Under the pieces are notes generated by a model that was not told the origin of the DNA, made no database searches, and was given only the letters and a program-made list of their open reading frames with translations. A DNA stretch of 64,000 nucleotides from the human T2T-CHM13v2.0 reference genome, Homo sapiens: assembly GCF_009914755.1 (NCBI RefSeq), contig NC_060935.1. The stretch is one strand, 5' to 3'. Both the position numbers and the translations under genes were made by a program. This document shows, one piece after another, positions 57,724 to 64,000 of this stretch. Each line of letters opens with the position of its first letter. Within the stretch, counting starts at the first letter, position 1.

Positions 57724-58594
57724 TGTATTCTAGGGCCCAGTCAGGAAGTAGAAAACTCACCAAAAAATCTGAATAGGAAAATGTAATTAAAATAATTATT
57801 AACTACTAAGAAATAAAGAGAATTCCCAGGCATATTTAAATTGCAGATATACAGAACAGACACTGTTTCTAGGATGGAAGCAGAGTAACTAAGGAATAAA
57901 TAAACATAGAATAAGTTACCTCTATTCCCAGGGCTGAGATTCAGATGTGATTGGAGGGAGTGTGGCTATGGCTCCCTGGATGGCAGGAAAGTTAGTGATG
58001 TGTTTAATCTAGGGATGGCAAACAAAAATCACCTGCTGAAGTGCCCAGCCCAATGATATACGACTGAGAAGCTGCCTGATGAGTTGTTGCTGAAATTCAC
58101 TGGAAAGCCACCTTCTGGGTGTCATATTCTACAGGCTACCTCACACTCAGCAACCAGAATTTTCAAAAAATAAAAAATAAAAAGCATATCAGAATGAAGA
58201 AGAGCAAGAAGCCCCTTTCTCCCACAAAGTTCCTTCAGCACCTCCTATTACCAAGACTTAAGGGCTCATGCCAAGCCTGGGCAACATAGTGAGACCCTAT
58301 CTCTACAAAAAAAAAATTTATTAGCCAGGCATAGTGGCACATGCCTGTTGTTCTGGCTGTTTGGGAGGCTGAGGCAGGAGGATCACTTGAGCCCAAGAGT
58401 TTGAGATTCCAGCAGGTTAGGATCATGCCATTGCACTCCAGCATGGGTGACAGAGCAAGACCTTGTATCCAAATAAAATTGTAAAAATCTTAATATTGTG
58501 CTGACAAAAAAGAAAAGTTTATTCGCTCTAGCTATAGATCTTAAAGCAGGGAAAAGAAAGGTAGACTTGGAGCTGAGAGACAATAAACCAATAA
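57724..58594 (-). mobile_element. ERVL LTR (LTR41/LTR52-like), split by an Alu
   Basis: TGTATTCTAGGGCCCAGTCAGGAA at one end and GGTAGACTTGGAGCTGAGAGACAATA at the other. Confidence 0.65.
58262..58480 (+). mobile_element. AluJ with a left-arm internal deletion
   Basis: GGCTCATGCC joined to AGCCTGGGCAACATAGTGAGACC. Right arm GGAGGATCACTTGAGCCC. Confidence 0.9.
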
Positions 58595-59549
58595 CATAGT
58601 TACAATAGCTGCTTTAAAATTGTTGTCTGCTAGTTCCAACATTTATGTTACCTAGGGTTGATTTATTTTGACTCATTTTTCTCTTGACTATGAGTCACAG
58701 TTTTCTGTTTCTTTGCATGCCTGCTAATTTTTAATCTGTAGTAGACATTGTGGATAATATTTTGCAGAGACTCGATTCTGTTATCATCTTCTGGATAATG
58801 TTGGTTTTTATTCTAACAGGCAGTTAAATTATTGGATGATCACTTCAAACTTGTAGAGGTTTCACACGTTTTGGAGTGTGTCTCATGGTTTATGCGTAGA
58901 TGTAGTATGAATCCTTAAGGTTTATATTTTGGGATCGTCTACCCCTGCAACGTGAAATTAATGGGGTTTCCATGAAGAGCTTGAGTTTACCAAACTGTTT
59001 CAATACGGCCAGACTCGAATTCCAAATTCTGTCTCCCTTAGGAAGGGCAGCAATTGAAATCTCTCTCAGAATTTCAGCTGTTGCCTTCTGCTGGGTTCCT
59101 TAGAATCTCCCCGCTTATATGCATATCAGAGAGTAGCCAAGATTTGAGGACTGTTTATGTAAAGATTTGGGGGTTCTTTCTTCTATGGATTCCTCCTTGC
59201 CAGGATTTCCCACTCAATTTCCAACTTCTCAGGCAGCCCTCAATTCTGTTCTCTGGCACCTTAAGTCAATAACACAACAGCTTTCAGCTAATCTCTAGCT
59301 GTTCTGTGCCTTTCAGGCTAGATAGTTCCCACAGAGAAAAAACCATGTTGAAGTGTACCTTACCCAGTGAAGTTTTTCCTCCTTTAAGGGTCCTATCCTT
59401 CACAGTTTCTGGCCTGCTTTTTGGTACTCATAAGTTTCTGAAACAAACTCCTCCTCCTCTACAATACCAAAAATAGACAAGATGATTTCTAAGAGACATT
59501 GTTACTCTAAGAGCTTTGGATATGACTTTGAGCGGCAGGTAGATCACAA

Positions 59550-60162
59550 CACACATAGAAATGAATCTGTTTATTTTAATTGAAAGTGTTATAAGTTGTC
59601 ATGTTAGTACAATTTGCACTGTATTCAATACATACTGACTATAGTTCTAGATAGCATATTAATTATACTGGGGTATAATAAAGTGGAAAAATAGGACAAA
59701 TGTAGCTGTATAATAATTTATCTGATTCCTTCTTTCAGAATCAGCTGTATGTCTTCATAATAAATAATTTATTTAGTTAATGAAGCATGCTTATAAAATG
59801 TGTTTGTATATGAAAAAGAGATCAGCACAGTATAGAATTTATATTGTTCCTGAACTTTCACCATGCTTCTCTTTGGAAACATATTCATGTTTCTGTATGG
59901 GTAAACTATTGCTCTAACACACTCTATTGAACATGGATGGTCTCCTAGGCAAAGCGTCAGGTCACATAGCACAGCTGGCGGAAGAGAAGTAATTGGAGAA
60001 AGGATTTATAGCTCAGTAACAAGCAGACATCTTCAGTGCCCTGTTTCTTTCTTTTTTCATTAACCTGTCTGAAGTTTCATTTCTTTGCAACTACCAGCTG
60101 CACATGGCTTCATCCTTGTTCAGCTGGATCTCAAATAAATCTAGTCTTGGGTAGTACTTCAT
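59550..60162 (-). other. Candidate terminal exon / 3' end of an unidentified minus-strand transcript
   Basis: Minus-strand CTTCAC-TTTTTTTTCTTTTACACAAG acceptor before 60162. AATAAA at 59575-59570, two upstream TGTA motifs and a downstream TGTGTGTTGTG, in sequence with no recognisable repeat. Confidence 0.35.
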
Positions 60163-60309
60163 CTTGTGTAAAAGAAAAAAAAATGTGAAGAACAATAAGG
60201 AGAGCAGCTCCTCGGTGTAATGATGAAGAGTCACTAATATCTGACTGCAGAGGGGAAATGCTTAGGGATAGCCTGTCTGTATTCCTTTCTCTCTATTTTA
60301 TTAAGTGCT

Positions 60310-60830
60310 TCTGTGATTTTCTTTTCTTAATATAAGAGAAAATATTATACACTGCAAAAAAAAAAAAACCCACATAGCACATGAAAGTAAAAAGGGAAAA
60401 TTTTTTAGTTCACTATTAACCTGACTACATACTATAAAAAATGTTTATCATTATTATAAACATTTTGATGTATAAACTTGCACAAAGTAGCAGCATTCAC
60501 TTCTTTACCTAAATGCACATCTATATTATTCATTTTGGTTGCAGTGTATTGTATGGATGTACATGCTTTTAAACTTGAACTTTATTTTATCGATCTTCTA
60601 CTAATGGGTGCTCAGTTTATTCATTTATTTTGTTCTTGATTGATATTACAATGAGTATCCTTATACATGTATTGTTTTGCCTTATTTCTATAAGTTTACA
60701 AAGAAAGATTGTTGCATCAAGGGCATAGACATTTTTAAAGCTTTTCATGGACATAAACATGCATCCTTCCAGATAGAACATACCAGTATCTACTCCCACT
60801 ATGATGTGAGAATTTTCTTCACCCTGAGAC
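60310..60830 (-). mobile_element. Ancient L1ME 3' fragment
   Basis: TATTGTATGGATGTAC, GATTGTTGCATCAAGGGCATAGACATTTTTAA, ACCAGTATCTACTCCCAC. Confidence 0.65.
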
Positions 60831-60864
60831 ACACATTATGTGTACTAAAAATTTGAGTACAAGT

Positions 60865-61105
60865 AATAGCAAAATCTAACTTTTTGAAACATTTGCTACG
60901 TAGCAGCATCTGTTCACAAGCATTTTAGATTCATGATCCCATTTACATCTAAAACACTTCTATAAGGTAGGGGCTGTGATTATTATTCTCATTTTACAGG
61001 TGAAAAACTGAAGCACAAGGAAACAACTAGTCAGGTCAACATGCAGTAGAGGTAATGCCAGGATTTAATCTCAAGAAGTCCGATTTCACAGGCTGAACTT
61101 TTAAT
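60865..61105 (-). mobile_element. MIR SINE
   Basis: TATTATTCTCATTTTACAGGTGAAAAACTGAAGCACA core. Confidence 0.8.
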
Positions 61106-61169
61106 GGAGTCTCAGGAAAAACAGTTTGGCATAACTAAATAAGTGGCATAAAGCCCTTGGTGTGAGAAC

Positions 61170-62620
61170 AGTTGCAACTTCCCTTCTTGCCTCTAGAACA
61201 CCACACTTTCTTGGCATCCATCCTATTTCATGGGCAATTCCTTCCTAACTCCTTTGCTGGCTCCTCTTCCATCTGATTCCTAAATGGTGCAGTACTCAAA
61301 GCCCAGTTCTGGGCTTTGATCTCTTCTCTTTTTACACTGTGTCTTAGGTGACCTCCTGCAGTCTTCTCACTTTAAAGATCACATAAAAAACAATGATTCC
61401 CATACTGTATATACAGTCCTGACCTTTCCTTGGGCTCATATATCTAATTGCCTTCTCAATACCACTGCAGGGTCTAATCAGCACCTCAAATTTAAGATGG
61501 CCAGAACAGAATTCATAGTTTCCTGAACTTGTTCCTCATTTGTCTCCCACATCTCAGTAAATGATATCACTAGTAGTAAGTTGCTCAAACCAAAAATCTG
61601 AGTTAACATGATTTCTTATTTTTCCTTTTATCTCTATATCCATTTTATGAGTAACTTCTCTCTACTGTACCTCCGAGATATATCTCAAATCCATTCTTTT
61701 TTCCCTGTCTTCGCTATCACTCCCTTAGCTCAAGCCACCATCACTTCTAACAGCCACTCCAACTCTCTCTATAAACAATTCTCTATACATTAAGAATAAT
61801 CTTTGAAAATATAAATCTGATTATATCTCACCATAATTTGAAATTTTCAATGACTTCCCAGAAGATTTAGGATAAAATTCCAATCCTTACTCTAGTTTAC
61901 AATCCCCTCGTTACATGGATCTTGCCTATCTTTCTTTCACATTGGGTACCACTCTCCCCTGACCACCATGCTATAGATATACTATTTTCCTTTCTGCTAC
62001 TTGAAAATATCAAACTTATCTCCAATGATGTAATTTTTCACTAGCTGTTCCCTTTGCTAGGAATGCTCTTCTCTTAATCCAGTGGTTCTCAAATCAGAGG
62101 CTATTTTGCTCCAGGGGTATATTTGGCAATGCCGTCCCAGACATTTTTGTCACAACTGGGGAGATGATACTAGCTTCTCATACTAGAGACCAGGGATGTT
62201 GTTAAGCGTCTTCTAGTGCACAGGATAGCCCCCCACAACAAAGAATTATCTGGTCCAAAATTTCGATAGTGGGAAGGTTGAAAAACCTCACTTTTATCAA
62301 CACATAACTAGCTCTTTTTTATTTTTTGGCTCTCAGCATATATTTTAATTCTTCAGAGGCCTTTCTTGATCACTTAAACCCAAGTCACCTACTATCACAA
62401 TAGTTTAATTCCCTACAATGTGTTTGTCATTCCTTGAATTTTTTCATGTTTATTCATTTAGTTTGCTTGCTCTTTGTCTGTGTATTTCTCCATATTATAA
62501 ACAACATGAGAGTAAGAATATTCTCTTATTAAACATTGTATCCCAACCACCACGAACAGTGGTTCAAAGAAACCACAGCTCAAAGAAGAGCTACATAAAG
62601 ATAGTAGAGGGGATGAAAAA
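61170..62620 (+). mobile_element. L2 LINE (long fragment), split by MER20
   Basis: GCACCTCAAATTTAAGATGGCCAGAACAGAA, CATCTCAGTAAATG, GTTGCTCAAACCAAAAATCT, CAGAGGCCTTTCTTGATCAC. Confidence 0.85.
62080..62290 (+). mobile_element. MER20 (hAT-Charlie MITE)
   Basis: CAGTGGTTCTCAA...CCCCCACAACAAAGAATTATCTGGTCCAAAAT...AGGTTGAAAAACC. Degenerate 8-bp TSD. Confidence 0.92.
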
Positions 62621-63237
62621 CTGAGACTGTGATGTTCTGTTTTTACTGGAGAGGTGAGAATATTGACCACTGTACTTGCAACTTCATACTAGAAACCTAG
62701 GGTTCAAAGTAGGTAAGACACTAAGGCAAAAAGATGAGCTTGGAGGGTGGGTGGGATGATCTAGGGCAATCACCTGAAAAAAGCATAATTTTTGTAAGAC
62801 ATTACTAACATTTGTAAGGTCTCCAACAACAGTGGTGGAAGTGGAAAAAGGAGGAAGGTTTTAGGCAACAGTGGCAAATATAAAGGCAGCAGCCAAAGCC
62901 CCAGAGAACTTAGCAGAATTATGATCTACGTTTCCTTTGTCTCTTTCTCCTGACAATCCCAACCTTAGTATCCAGGTTACAGGGGCCTCAAAGCACTGAA
63001 AAAGCTCTCAAATATTTCAAATATTTTACCACTAAGATTCCCCCCCAAATTACCTTTGGCACTGACAAAGATAGGACCCAAGTCTACTCCTGCAACTTAA
63101 ATGGTCTTAGACCTGTACCAAATTGTTCTCTGGGAAGAGCATGACCTGAGTATGTGAGAGAGATTAGCATCAGTAAGATCAAATAATCTTTTTCTAAAAT
63201 ACAGTACTCATTAGGCCCAATTTAAATAATATGCCAA

Positions 63238-63290
63238 TCAAATCAATCAGTCAAATATTCACCAAGTACCTACTATGCACCTAAACTAGT
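63238..63290 (-). mobile_element. L2 3' end fragment
   Basis: (AATC)n plus AAATATTCACCAAGTACCTACTATGCAC. Confidence 0.55.
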
Positions 63291-64000
63291 ATCACCAGCT
63301 GTTCTACCTCTGGCATGGCCTAGATAATTGTCATAAGAGAGGAAGACTAAGGCTGAGGGTAGATAAAATGTGAACAAGGTCCAGACGGTGAGAGATGTCA
63401 AGCATGAAGTTAGTTCCAGCCATAGATCATAGAGAAGCTCATAATCAGGAGCATGGAGACAGAGAACAGGATCTGCTCCAAACAAGGACCTGGCATCAAA
63501 GATGCAAAATATAATCTCAAGTCCTGAAATGTAGACAGTGAACAGTGATGGGGATTCCAGAACAGGCAATAAATCACCAAGTGGAAGGGAGACAGGCACT
63601 GGTCCAGGACTCTAACCCAAGAATTTGGGGATCTAAAGGGTGGAGATGACAGGTAGGATTAGTAAAAAAACAAAGCACAGCCCAAGTGCTGTTGAATGAT
63701 TCCCAGCATGTTACCAATGCAGGAACTCTGGCAAGGATGGAAAACTCAATGTGTGAGACTTTCCCAGGTAAAGACACTAGACTAGCACAGGCAGGGATCA
63801 ACATATTGTTTTTCTGTTTAGGGTAGAGGTGGGTCCAGGTGAATAGTTTCCATAAGAAGGTCAATATTGGACAATAAGAGTCAGCATTTAGTCAGGGCAA
63901 GATTGTAAGGGGCTCTGAATGCCAGCATGGCAGAAACAGCAAGTTATCATCTAATATTTATTTTTTGCTTTCCTAGTAAAAGAACCATGGTTTTATTTTC

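Noticed and set aside
60208-60255. ATGATGA...CTGA with a short flanking stem, resembling a C/D snoRNA
   Set aside because: There are only 14 nt between the boxes, far too short, with no C'/D' boxes or guide.
63955-64000. Plus-strand acceptor-like TTTTTTGCTTTCCTAG
   Set aside because: It is at the window edge with no exon or donor visible, and such motifs are common by chance.

Overview
This is primate (human-like) genomic DNA made up almost entirely of transposable-element relics: about 14 Alu pieces, L1s of several ages, ERV1/ERVL/MaLR solo LTRs, MIR, L2, and the DNA transposons MER20, MER47A and MER91. I can support no host protein-coding gene, RNA gene or CRISPR array. The ORF track is explained by L1 ORF1/ORF2 debris, antisense Alu, microsatellites and chance. 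Structural highlights: (1) A TSD-verified nested L1 stack at 26.7-42.4 kb, with an L1PA5/6 inside an L1PA11-13-like element inside an old L1M. (2) A cluster of short templated insertions at 18.9-22.3 kb, centred on an expanded (TA)n tract in an MLT2A1 LTR. The tract holds a 52-bp inverted copy of the LTR and three copies of a segment from about 1.65 kb away. (3) An L1MA with both ends kept but about 5 kb deleted internally. (4) A 9-nt plus poly(A) retro-insertion with a perfect 15-bp TSD. (5) A candidate minus-strand terminal exon at about 59.55-60.16 kb. Subfamily names come from my recall of consensus sequences and need RepeatMasker/Dfam confirmation. Boundaries of ancient repeats are approximate. 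I found no convincing new biological system; the best leads are mutational and repair signatures.
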